From the IMG/VR virus record IMGVR_UViG_3300031951_000030: a stretch of 64,000 nucleotides of DNA. The stretch is one strand, 5' to 3'. Positions within the stretch are counted from its first letter, which is position 1, and the number at the start of each line of letters is the position of its first letter. Under the pieces are notes generated by a model that was not told the origin of the DNA, did no database searches, and saw only the letters and a program-made list of their open reading frames with translations. The position numbers and the translations under genes were made by a program. Shown piece after piece: positions 1-8,444 of this stretch. Source of the DNA: an uncultured virus (IMG/VR IMGVR_UViG_3300031951_000030) (taxonomy: Duplodnaviria > Heunggongvirae > Uroviricota > Caudoviricetes).

Positions 1-376
1 GTTTTGGTTTATCGTATGAAGAACCACCAATACCAGTCTTATACATTGCAGGAAAAAATTGATTTACAGGAGTAGCGAATTTATTGAAGTTAAAAATTAC
101 TTCATTACCATCATCATCTCTTTCTTCAAACTTATCTACCTTATAGGTTTGTAGTTTAGAAAAGTTTTCTATGATTTCCGCTTCATCTATACCAATTCTT
201 GGAGGTGCGTTTGTAGCTGCCCATCTTTCAACGGCAGTTTTACGAAAGAATGCCACCCACTCTCCAAATTTAGTGAATGGCATTTTCAATACATCTTCGT
301 ATTTAAGATTTATTTCAGGCGAATAAATCCAATCGTTTCTTTCGTAAAAATACTTCTTTGTATAGTTGAAGCTCAT
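1..376 (-). CDS. Hypothetical protein, 3'-truncated by the window edge; possibly the N-terminus of a second methyltransferase-like protein
   Basis: ATG at 376-374, 1 nt after the clamp stop codon. Frame is open to position 1 (MSFNYTKKYFYERNDW...PPRIGIDEAEIIENFSKL...VNQFFPAM). Not in the ORF track. Confidence 0.6.
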   Translation of the reverse strand, partial: MSFNYTKKYFYERNDWIYSPEINLKYEDVLKMPFTKFGEWVAFFRKTAVERWAATNAPPRIGIDEAEIIENFSKLQTYKVDKFEERDDDGNEVIFNFNKFATPVNQFFPAMYKTGIGGSSYDKPK

Positions 377-377
377 T

Positions 378-1097
378 TTATGCGGTTAATTGTACTTCTA
401 CCAAATAATAGTTTGCAGTGAAATCATCAATTTTGAATTCAACGTGCGCCAATCCTGAAGTAGATATTTTTAATACTACCGAAGTAGCTTCTTTGTTTGC
501 AGAGAAAATCTCTTTGAGATACTTTGCGGAGAATGAAATAGGTTTAACTTCTTCACTATAATCTTTGTTAACTGAAAATTCAATTAGAGTTGAATTTACA
601 TTTGAATAACCTAATACAAGTTTCAATTCACTATTCTTTGTAAGAACGGTAAATGTGTCTACATCAGATAGTGCGTTTTTAGCTTTGATAAATTTGTCAA
701 TAAATTTACCATCAAATGCGATTTCAACATCAAATTCTGGTAGAGATTTCAAATCCGGAACTGATGGAATAACTGCTAAATCCGCTAATTGGAATTGAGC
801 TTTTGTGTCATCACTTTTGATAAATAGACTTACAGCCTTTCCATCAACTTGCTGAACATCCAGTTCAACATCATCACCTACAACTGATAACAATTTTGTC
901 AATTGAGATGTTGTGTAAATACCTAAATTAGGTGTTGTTTGCGTGAAATTATCTAGTTGAATTTCACCTAATACCGTCTTATCATCGGAGATAAAACGAG
1001 TAACCAATTTCCCATCTGCTGCTTTCCATGCAACCGATTCTACTAATCCTGCCAAATTGTACTTTTGGATAAATCTTGTAATTCTTGTTTTGTTCAT
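378..1097 (-). CDS. DNA polymerase sliding clamp (T4 gp45-like)
   Basis: 239 aa with clamp-like features (LGIYTTSQL, C-terminal SGLAHVEF...YYLV), located in the replication module. Confidence 0.75.
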   Translation of the reverse strand: MNKTRITRFIQKYNLAGLVESVAWKAADGKLVTRFISDDKTVLGEIQLDNFTQTTPNLGIYTTSQLTKLLSVVGDDVELDVQQVDGKAVSLFIKSDDTKAQFQLADLAVIPSVPDLKSLPEFDVEIAFDGKFIDKFIKAKNALSDVDTFTVLTKNSELKLVLGYSNVNSTLIEFSVNKDYSEEVKPISFSAKYLKEIFSANKEATSVVLKISTSGLAHVEFKIDDFTANYYLVEVQLTA

Positions 1098-1120
1098 GTT
1101 TTTTAAAATTTAATTGTTTA

Positions 1121-1151
1121 CGAATATAATATATTTTTTTGGTATTTACAA
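1121..1151 (-). promoter_or_regulatory. Bacteroidetes-type promoter upstream of the clamp gene
   Basis: Minus strand TTG (1151-1149), 20 nt, TATATTCG (1128-1121). Confidence 0.55.
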
Positions 1152-1155
1152 GTCA

Positions 1156-2385
1156 TTATGGTTTTTTCCATATCCATACTGGCTCACAAAATGTTTTGTT
1201 TTTTGCTTCTTCCGCTTTTAATAAAGCTTCTTCTGTATATCTTTCCTCATCCCCTTCTATAATTGCTCCTGCACCTGCTGAACCTGGTCTCTTTGCCATC
1301 TCCATCCCTAAACACCCTTCATAGATACCTCCCAATGATTTGATGTAATCGTTCATAGGGTTTGTTATTTCTTGGTATCCTTTACCATCCCCTTTGGAAG
1401 ATGCATATACATCTGCAATGTTAATTGCTAAATACCCACCCTTTCTAATAGTAGGCCAAACCTTTTCGATTGTTTTATGTAAGAATAATTTATTCCATGC
1501 ATCAATGTTGTTGTATCGAACCCAACTTTGGGTATCGTCATAAGAATATCGTTCAACATTGAAATATGGGGGTGAGCTGAAAACAATGTCAAAATAATCG
1601 GTGTACTCACTATAATCCATGTCTTCAGCTGGTGAGCAATGGAATGTGGCTTTTTTATCCGTTTCGAAGAATCCGTTATTCTTTCTATAAAATTCTGCCT
1701 GTTGTTCATAAATTGGGTGATTTTCTTTTCTCGGGTCAATACCCACATAATGTTCTCCTTTTTCAGATGCCATAAATCCACACAATCTATCTCCCCATCC
1801 CGCCGATATGTCTAACACATTTTTTGCACCTACCATATCGTAAAGTGCTTTGGCAACATTGGGTTTGAATTGTGAGCAAATGTACTTTCTTAAACTCAAA
1901 CAAACTCGCAGTTCGTTTCTTCCTACTTCATCAAATTTAAGAGTGTATAACCCACCCATTAAAGACGTCATAAAATCCTTACTTGCCCACGTTCTATGAG
2001 GACCTGGCGAAACGGTGCCGTCTACACTCCAACGATTTGCTTGTTGAAAGAAATTGGATGCAGAGTTACCAGTGTTTAACCTTTTTACAAATTGCTTCTT
2101 ACCTCTGAATGTTAAAGGATAATTACTTTCCGATGCTTTACGAGGAAACCACTCACCCTCTTTAAGTAGTTCGTTGTAACGAGTTCCTTTGAGAGCAAGG
2201 TATTCCTTTCTAGCTTCGGTTTCTGTGATTTCGGCATACGGTAATTCGTATTCCATACACAATTGCGCAAGAGAGTCTTTTACATCATCTCTGTCAAAAG
2301 TGCTTTTAATATAACTCCACTCTTCACTATTGATGTGAAGGTATGGAGCCATATTTTTGAACTTGTTAAAGTATTCTATATACAT
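1156..2385 (-). CDS. SAM-dependent DNA amino-methyltransferase-like protein (m4C/m6A type)
   Basis: SAM-binding motif VLDISAGWGDRL, YVGID, and catalytic SPPY motif. Confidence 0.8.
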   Translation of the reverse strand: MYIEYFNKFKNMAPYLHINSEEWSYIKSTFDRDDVKDSLAQLCMEYELPYAEITETEARKEYLALKGTRYNELLKEGEWFPRKASESNYPLTFRGKKQFVKRLNTGNSASNFFQQANRWSVDGTVSPGPHRTWASKDFMTSLMGGLYTLKFDEVGRNELRVCLSLRKYICSQFKPNVAKALYDMVGAKNVLDISAGWGDRLCGFMASEKGEHYVGIDPRKENHPIYEQQAEFYRKNNGFFETDKKATFHCSPAEDMDYSEYTDYFDIVFSSPPYFNVERYSYDDTQSWVRYNNIDAWNKLFLHKTIEKVWPTIRKGGYLAINIADVYASSKGDGKGYQEITNPMNDYIKSLGGIYEGCLGMEMAKRPGSAGAGAIIEGDEERYTEEALLKAEEAKNKTFCEPVWIWKKP

Positions 2386-2395
2386 AACTTAATAA

Positions 2396-4666
2396 TTAAT
2401 TATTCTGTAATTCCGTAACATAAGAATCTAAAACAACATTTCCACTTTTAAAAGAATAACTGCTATTATATTCAATTTCAAAATAAGAAAGTACAATTTT
2501 TAAATTTTCTCGTGCTTTCTTTGCGTTGTTGTAATCTTCTTCTTTTGCTTCATTATCGCTATCTTCAATGAATTCAATCTTTCTTTTATTTAGAGTATCA
2601 TTGCAATTTGCAATCATTTCTTTCCAAAATAAGTCAAATGATTTTTGATTTAGTTTAAATTTATGTCTATTATCTTTATTAAACTCAAATATCCACATTT
2701 TATCACGAAGAACTCCACCATCCGAATCAGCTTCTAAATGCCCAACATCAAATTCTTCAACTTTACGAAGTATTCCATCACGCGTATTAAAGATTTTAAA
2801 ATTTGATAAATCGTTATTTTTTATTTCTTTTTTAAGAAAATTTAAAAATTTCAATCTTTCTTTTGAAGTAGTTGATGCATCTATATATTCTAAATCTAAA
2901 ACTGGTTTTACAACATCAATGAAAAATGTATCTATAACTGCATATATTTTTTCGATATTACCACCTTTAAAATGATATAATGGACCAAATGTAGGCGTAT
3001 CATTTCTATCATCTAAATCCGATGCTCTACATACATCTTTCCAATCATCAATATTATACTCAAATTTAAAAAATGATTTAGGTCCTTCATATAAATCAAT
3101 TTCAAAATTCCAAACAAAATCTAACCACTTTTGAGTTGTAATTTCAATAACTCTATTAAGCACATCTGTAATATGTGTTTCGGATAGATTTTTGTTTTGT
3201 AATACAAAATCAATAGTATTTAATAATATTGGATAAAGTAATTCTTTTTGTTGTAATCTCAACTTATTAACAGTACCTAAATTACCAGGTTTATCTATAC
3301 CAATATTTTTAAGATATTCTCTAATTATTTCGGTTTCCTTTTGTAAATGAGTATTCCATAGTTGAATTATTTTCTCGTTATTTAACCCAACATTTTTTTG
3401 TGAATTTTGAATTCTATTATATCCTAATGTAGCTTCAACCATATTAAAAACTTTTAGAAATTCGGATTCTAATTGCTTTACATTTCGTTTGTTTCTTTCG
3501 GAATATTCAATATATTCGGCAACAGTCTCTTGAACTATTTTAGTTCCTTTATCAAACGGCCTAGCTAAACCATTATAAAACCAATTTTGATAACGCTTTA
3601 AACCATAATCACTTTTAATATCCGCACCATTAATTTGAATTAAACATGATGTAAGAAAATGATAAATGTATCTATCATATTCATTATATTCAGAACCATG
3701 AATATTATCATTAATTACTCTAAAAAATGGATTGTTTTTATCAGATTTTGCAAAACATGCGGATAAAATGGCTGGTTTATGTACATCTCTTGGATTTTTA
3801 CTATTATCATATACTACATTATCATGCCAAGCATCTTTTACCATAGTCATTGATAAATTCACATCCGATTGTCCGGCACCTCGTTTACCTTCTCTATGAT
3901 ACGATTCACTTTCACATCCATTACTTTTTCTTTCTAATATTACATTTGGTTTTAAATCAAGAATTGAATTAATTAATTTAAAATATCCATTCTCTTTTAA
4001 CCAACTAACAGTTAAAAATTGATTTTTTGTAATTACAAAATCATCTTTAAAAGCACCTAATGCTAATTTTAAAAGATTTAATAAATCTGAATTTTTACCG
4101 TTTTCCCATCTATTAGAATTTTTAATATATCTGTTTTCAACTTCATTAAATTCTCCTTTTTCATCAAGAACTTTCCATACTTTTGAATCGGTAAAATAAC
4201 TAAACCATCTCCATACTAATTGAAATTTACTTTCACCATCCCATATACCAACTAATTTAAATTCTCCATAAGTATCTGTATTTATTTTTAAAGTTGGAAT
4301 TGAACTGTGTGTAATCCAAGATATAAAACCATCACTAATACTATCGTAATCCCAAGTAGATGTTCCACAATCTTCGTTCTTATTAAGAGTTCTTATTACC
4401 GAAGATTTACCCCTTTGTCCTTTTGATGGTAAAAATATTGTTGTAGACATTACAGGTTTTACATTATACTGCACATCTCTAAAAGATATAGGTTCATAAT
4501 GAAACAGTAAATCTCGATAGGTTAGTTCTTTCAATGTTCCCCACGTACTTGATGAGTTATTGAAGTTTTCTATTACATTTCTGATTTGTTCTTCTTTGGT
4601 GAGAACGATACCTGATAGATTAGCTCTGTCTAACAAAGCCTTATCAATTTTTTTTGAGTATCTCAT
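2396..4666 (-). CDS. Large hypothetical protein, possibly a divergent GmrSD-like (DUF262 + HNH) protein
   Basis: 756 aa. IWDGESKF resembles the DUF262 DGQQR motif. C-terminal DVGHLEADSDGG...NKDNR resembles an HNH motif. Confidence 0.45.
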   Translation of the reverse strand: MRYSKKIDKALLDRANLSGIVLTKEEQIRNVIENFNNSSSTWGTLKELTYRDLLFHYEPISFRDVQYNVKPVMSTTIFLPSKGQRGKSSVIRTLNKNEDCGTSTWDYDSISDGFISWITHSSIPTLKINTDTYGEFKLVGIWDGESKFQLVWRWFSYFTDSKVWKVLDEKGEFNEVENRYIKNSNRWENGKNSDLLNLLKLALGAFKDDFVITKNQFLTVSWLKENGYFKLINSILDLKPNVILERKSNGCESESYHREGKRGAGQSDVNLSMTMVKDAWHDNVVYDNSKNPRDVHKPAILSACFAKSDKNNPFFRVINDNIHGSEYNEYDRYIYHFLTSCLIQINGADIKSDYGLKRYQNWFYNGLARPFDKGTKIVQETVAEYIEYSERNKRNVKQLESEFLKVFNMVEATLGYNRIQNSQKNVGLNNEKIIQLWNTHLQKETEIIREYLKNIGIDKPGNLGTVNKLRLQQKELLYPILLNTIDFVLQNKNLSETHITDVLNRVIEITTQKWLDFVWNFEIDLYEGPKSFFKFEYNIDDWKDVCRASDLDDRNDTPTFGPLYHFKGGNIEKIYAVIDTFFIDVVKPVLDLEYIDASTTSKERLKFLNFLKKEIKNNDLSNFKIFNTRDGILRKVEEFDVGHLEADSDGGVLRDKMWIFEFNKDNRHKFKLNQKSFDLFWKEMIANCNDTLNKRKIEFIEDSDNEAKEEDYNNAKKARENLKIVLSYFEIEYNSSYSFKSGNVVLDSYVTELQNN

Positions 4667-4708
4667 AATTCTATGAAGTTTAAAAGGTAATTCAACCCGT
4701 TATTAATA

Positions 4709-4739
4709 CAAATATAAGAAAAGTATTTCGAAATATCAA
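4709..4739 (-). promoter_or_regulatory. Bacteroidetes-type promoter
   Basis: Minus strand TTG (4739-4737), 20 nt, TATATTTG (4716-4709), an exact TAnnTTTG match. Confidence 0.7.
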
Positions 4740-4758
4740 GCACTTTCTCATTTACTTT

Positions 4759-5598
4759 TTAAGAAAAAATCCATCTTCCTCCAATGTTCCAAAATAGTAT
4801 ATCTCCATCTAATTTTTCAATGTTATCCGATAACCATTTCCACTGTTTAATATCCCAAAATTGATTGCAAGGAAATGGTGCTTCAAAATTATCTAACCTA
4901 TCGTTAAATCCATACTCTGATTTTTCAATATGAACATTGGTTGGGTCATATACATTGTGTTGTACATACGTTCCTTTGACCGTTCTGTAAGATGAAACAC
5001 AAGTACTCCAAGCGTGTCTATCTGGTTTTTCCCAAAAGTTATTCCTTTGCCCTACGAATTTTTTAATCAATCCAGATGATGTTACTCCCTCACCCGATGA
5101 AACTACTAAATGTTTAAAATCACCCTTTTCTTCCAAAACCCTTTCCATCTTTTTTTCCATGTAATCAACATAGAAACCATCGTTGAATGCATAAGGTAAT
5201 AACTGCCATTTTCCTACCGATGAATTTTTTAATTGAGCATACATTATATCCTGTATGTTGTTTTGAATAGGATTGAATATCGTTTTGGGGTGTAGTGTTT
5301 TAACCTTTTCTATTAGGGCCTGGCTGATTACTTTATTGTCAGGATACGAATATATGAAGTCTATCCCTAACTCCTCACATATCGCAGCTAATGCCCAACC
5401 AGACCAACTTCCGTTTACTACCAAGTGGGTTAAAGGTTTTGACCTATCAACATACTTATCTACTAAATTATAGATTGCTTCAATTTTTCCCCAAGGTGGT
5501 AGTGATTCACCATCACCCATCAAATCATCTCGCTTAACCCAAACCTTTCTACCTTTCAATTCATACACCTCTAATGGTGTATTTGTATTTAAAACCAT
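4759..5598 (-). CDS. PLP-dependent enzyme, fold type II (D-cysteine desulfhydrase / ACC deaminase-like)
   Basis: VWVKRDD...WGK (Schiff-base Lys), SSGEGVT phosphate loop, C-terminal ILFWNIGG. Confidence 0.75.
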   Translation of the reverse strand: MVLNTNTPLEVYELKGRKVWVKRDDLMGDGESLPPWGKIEAIYNLVDKYVDRSKPLTHLVVNGSWSGWALAAICEELGIDFIYSYPDNKVISQALIEKVKTLHPKTIFNPIQNNIQDIMYAQLKNSSVGKWQLLPYAFNDGFYVDYMEKKMERVLEEKGDFKHLVVSSGEGVTSSGLIKKFVGQRNNFWEKPDRHAWSTCVSSYRTVKGTYVQHNVYDPTNVHIEKSEYGFNDRLDNFEAPFPCNQFWDIKQWKWLSDNIEKLDGDILFWNIGGRWIFS

Positions 5599-6431
5599 AC
5601 TCTTTCGTGTCTTTTTAGATGGGCATCTTCTATAGTGTTTTCTTTACATTTATCAATTAGTTTTTTCAAATCATCTGCAAAGTTACTATTAACATACCCA
5701 CCAATCTTACCTTTAATAATTGGTTGATTGTAACTCCAAGATACGTGTTCATAATATCTGATGTTTGGAAATTCTGTTATTTGAGGTCTATGGTCGGATG
5801 TTAGCATATCAAAGTGTCCTTGCTTTAACTTACCACTTGCTATGAAATTAACTAACGCAGGATTACTGATTACTTCTCCTCTACTAATAGAAATTATATC
5901 AACTTCTTTTCGTATTTTTGAAAACAATACATCATCAAAATATCCCTTTGTACTATCATTTAAAGGTAGTGTAATTACAATAGTTTTAGCAAATGCTAAA
6001 TATCTATCCACTTCTTCTTGTGCAGTTTTGGTATTAACAACATTGAAATTTCCAATGTGTTTTTGTAACTCTTTACTGATACTACCGTTACCAAATATCA
6101 ATACCGCATCATCTTCTTTAATCTTATCTTTAATCCAATTTGCACAAGGTACTGCAGTTGGTGATAATGCAACAACTCCGATGTTCTTATCTTTACAATC
6201 TTTTAAGTTTACCATATCCACACCATGTGAACGACAAACTATCCATTCTAAATTTGGATACTTATTTAAAGTTTGTTTGCCAATCTTTGAAAACTTAACA
6301 GAAAGAACCTTAACTTCTGGATATGTATCTTTTGGTCTTTCGTATGCACCCAATACTTGTACATTCGGTAATCTTTCTAAAACGGATTCTACAATATCAG
6401 CTTTATCTTTTAATAATACATCGTTATACAT
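5589..6431 (-). CDS. D-isomer-specific 2-hydroxyacid dehydrogenase-like protein
   Basis: RSHGVDMVNL, FGNGSIS (Rossmann), LPLNDSTKG, ISRGEVI, EHVS. Start reassigned to the ATG at 6431, which overlaps the upstream stop by 8 nt. Confidence 0.75.
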   Translation of the reverse strand: MYNDVLLKDKADIVESVLERLPNVQVLGAYERPKDTYPEVKVLSVKFSKIGKQTLNKYPNLEWIVCRSHGVDMVNLKDCKDKNIGVVALSPTAVPCANWIKDKIKEDDAVLIFGNGSISKELQKHIGNFNVVNTKTAQEEVDRYLAFAKTIVITLPLNDSTKGYFDDVLFSKIRKEVDIISISRGEVISNPALVNFIASGKLKQGHFDMLTSDHRPQITEFPNIRYYEHVSWSYNQPIIKGKIGGYVNSNFADDLKKLIDKCKENTIEDAHLKRHERVWF

Positions 6432-7974
6432 TTGTAAACTTTTTAAGGGTTGATTTATTGTCATATTTTATAAATGATTCATCAAAGTATTCTTTGATTT
6501 TATCTTTTTCTTGCTTTAAAAAATCGGTATGACATCCAACTTGAAATGTTTTTTTAGGTCTCCATAGAATTTCATCCGATATTTCACCCTCAAATGATTT
6601 CCGTAAAAGATATTTCATAATTTTTCCCCTACCATTTGCTTCATCTCTATATCGTGTTGGTGTTTGTAATCCAAATTCAACTAAAGTTTTATCTAAAAAC
6701 GGTGTTCTTAATTCAACAGTACCACCATACATCATTGCTTTGTTTGTTCTAATCAAATTACTTCTATGTAACTCTCTTAACAATTGAACTCGTTTTGAAT
6801 GATACAATTTTGGGTCTTGCCAACTCCATCGAAATACATCTCCGTAACTTGCAAATATCTCATCACTACCTTCACCACCAAACACAACTTTAAAACCACG
6901 ATTGTCAATTTCTTTTGCCAAAAACAATTGTGCTACTGCTGGAGATATTTGAGTCCACTTCCAATCTTCGGATGCGTAAATTGATTCTTTTAATTTATCA
7001 ACTATTTCTTCTTTGGTAACATTTACTTCTATTAACTCAATACCAATTTCTTTACTGAATTCTCTTGCGTAATACAAGTCATCTTTTAAGTTTGCTTTTC
7101 TTGTGCCAGATGTTACATTTACAACAAATGCTTTTAGATTTTTAACACGCTTACTCAACAGATATGTAATAATTACTGAATCTATTCCACCACTTAAAAT
7201 TGTACAAATAGGAACATCTGCTATTAACTCATTATCAACTGCTTTGTTTAATAACAAATTCAATTTAGATGTATAGTGTTCTAATCCTAAATCATTTGAA
7301 TCAGTATCTTTTTTTAAGAAGTCATTGAAATTAAAATAAGTGTGGGTATGTGTATCACCTGTTTCCAAATAGTAAATCATACAAGTACCAGGTGTTACCG
7401 TTCGTATAATTTCTTCTTTTCTATCCTTTGAATTTTTATTTGCGTGATGATAATTTACTTTAAACGAATCCGTTAATGCTTTTATCTCACTAGCAAATGC
7501 TATTTTTCTATCAGCATCTTCCAAATAATAAAAAGGAAGTCTACCAATAAAATCTCTTCCTAAAAATAAAAAATTAGATTTTCTATCGTATATACAAAAA
7601 CTGAACATACCATCCAATCGTTTCATAAAATCAATTGGTTCATGTCCAAATTTTTTGTACATCAATGCCAACAATTCGGTATCTGAACTTTCTGTTTTTG
7701 TTTTGTATTCATTTCTTAAATACGAATACTCATCTATTGTATTTTTCCAAAGTTCTCCATTGAATACAACAACAACCTCCCCATCCACATCTTCAAATGG
7801 TTGGTTTGCTATTTCAGAAAGGTCTTGGATTGACAAACGATTATGAGCCATAAACAATCCGTTTAATGGTTCAATGACGGTAGAGTTATCCCGTCCTCTA
7901 TGTATTATTTTTTTAAGAGATAACTCTACCTGTTCTTTACTATTAAATGCGTTTCCGCCGATTATTCCACACAT
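6424..7974 (-). CDS. asnB: Asparagine synthetase B-like glutamine amidotransferase
   Basis: N-terminal MCGI, HRG, HNRLSIQD, FNGE, LSGGIDS (PP-loop), GEGSDE, ELRTPFLD. Confidence 0.9.
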   Translation of the reverse strand: MCGIIGGNAFNSKEQVELSLKKIIHRGRDNSTVIEPLNGLFMAHNRLSIQDLSEIANQPFEDVDGEVVVVFNGELWKNTIDEYSYLRNEYKTKTESSDTELLALMYKKFGHEPIDFMKRLDGMFSFCIYDRKSNFLFLGRDFIGRLPFYYLEDADRKIAFASEIKALTDSFKVNYHHANKNSKDRKEEIIRTVTPGTCMIYYLETGDTHTHTYFNFNDFLKKDTDSNDLGLEHYTSKLNLLLNKAVDNELIADVPICTILSGGIDSVIITYLLSKRVKNLKAFVVNVTSGTRKANLKDDLYYAREFSKEIGIELIEVNVTKEEIVDKLKESIYASEDWKWTQISPAVAQLFLAKEIDNRGFKVVFGGEGSDEIFASYGDVFRWSWQDPKLYHSKRVQLLRELHRSNLIRTNKAMMYGGTVELRTPFLDKTLVEFGLQTPTRYRDEANGRGKIMKYLLRKSFEGEISDEILWRPKKTFQVGCHTDFLKQEKDKIKEYFDESFIKYDNKSTLKKFTNV

Positions 7975-7992
7975 AACTATTTTAGAAAAATT

Positions 7993-8256
7993 TTACTTTA
8001 AGTGCTCATTTAACGCATTCATATATGTTAATTTAGAAGATACACCAGTAAATCTTTCAACCTCTACACCGTTCTTTTCTATCACAATTGTTGGTACTGA
8101 ACGAATTGAGTATTTAGTTGCTTCATTATATGCCTCATCCACATCATAATCTTCAAATTTTACATTTGAAAATTGAGTTTTAACTTCGTTAATTACTGGT
8201 GCCAATGCTCTACATGGACCACACCAAGATGCACTAAATTTCTTTACTGTTAACAT
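7993..8256 (-). CDS. trxA: Thioredoxin
   Basis: WCGPC active site, IRSVPT. Confidence 0.92.
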   Translation of the reverse strand: MLTVKKFSASWCGPCRALAPVINEVKTQFSNVKFEDYDVDEAYNEATKYSIRSVPTIVIEKNGVEVERFTGVSSKLTYMNALNEHLK

Positions 8257-8425
8257 ATTTTTTATTTTTTGGTTTTCCTTTTAATTTTTCAATTAACTTA
8301 AATTTTCTAACTTGCTTTAATTTTCTGTCTAACGGATTTTCGTTTTCTTCAACTCTATTTAGCTTTTTTTCTAATTGAAGTAGTTTTTTAGCTACCTTTC
8401 CTTTGTCAATTTTGTTTTCACTCAT
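8234..8425 (-). CDS. Small basic hypothetical protein
   Basis: Lys-rich ORF filling the gap between nrdA and thioredoxin; likely start MSENK at 8425. Confidence 0.5.
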   Translation of the reverse strand: MSENKIDKGKVAKKLLQLEKKLNRVEENENPLDRKLKQVRKFKLIEKLKGKPKNKKYVNSKEI

Positions 8426-8444
8426 AGTATTGTTTTTTAATTGT

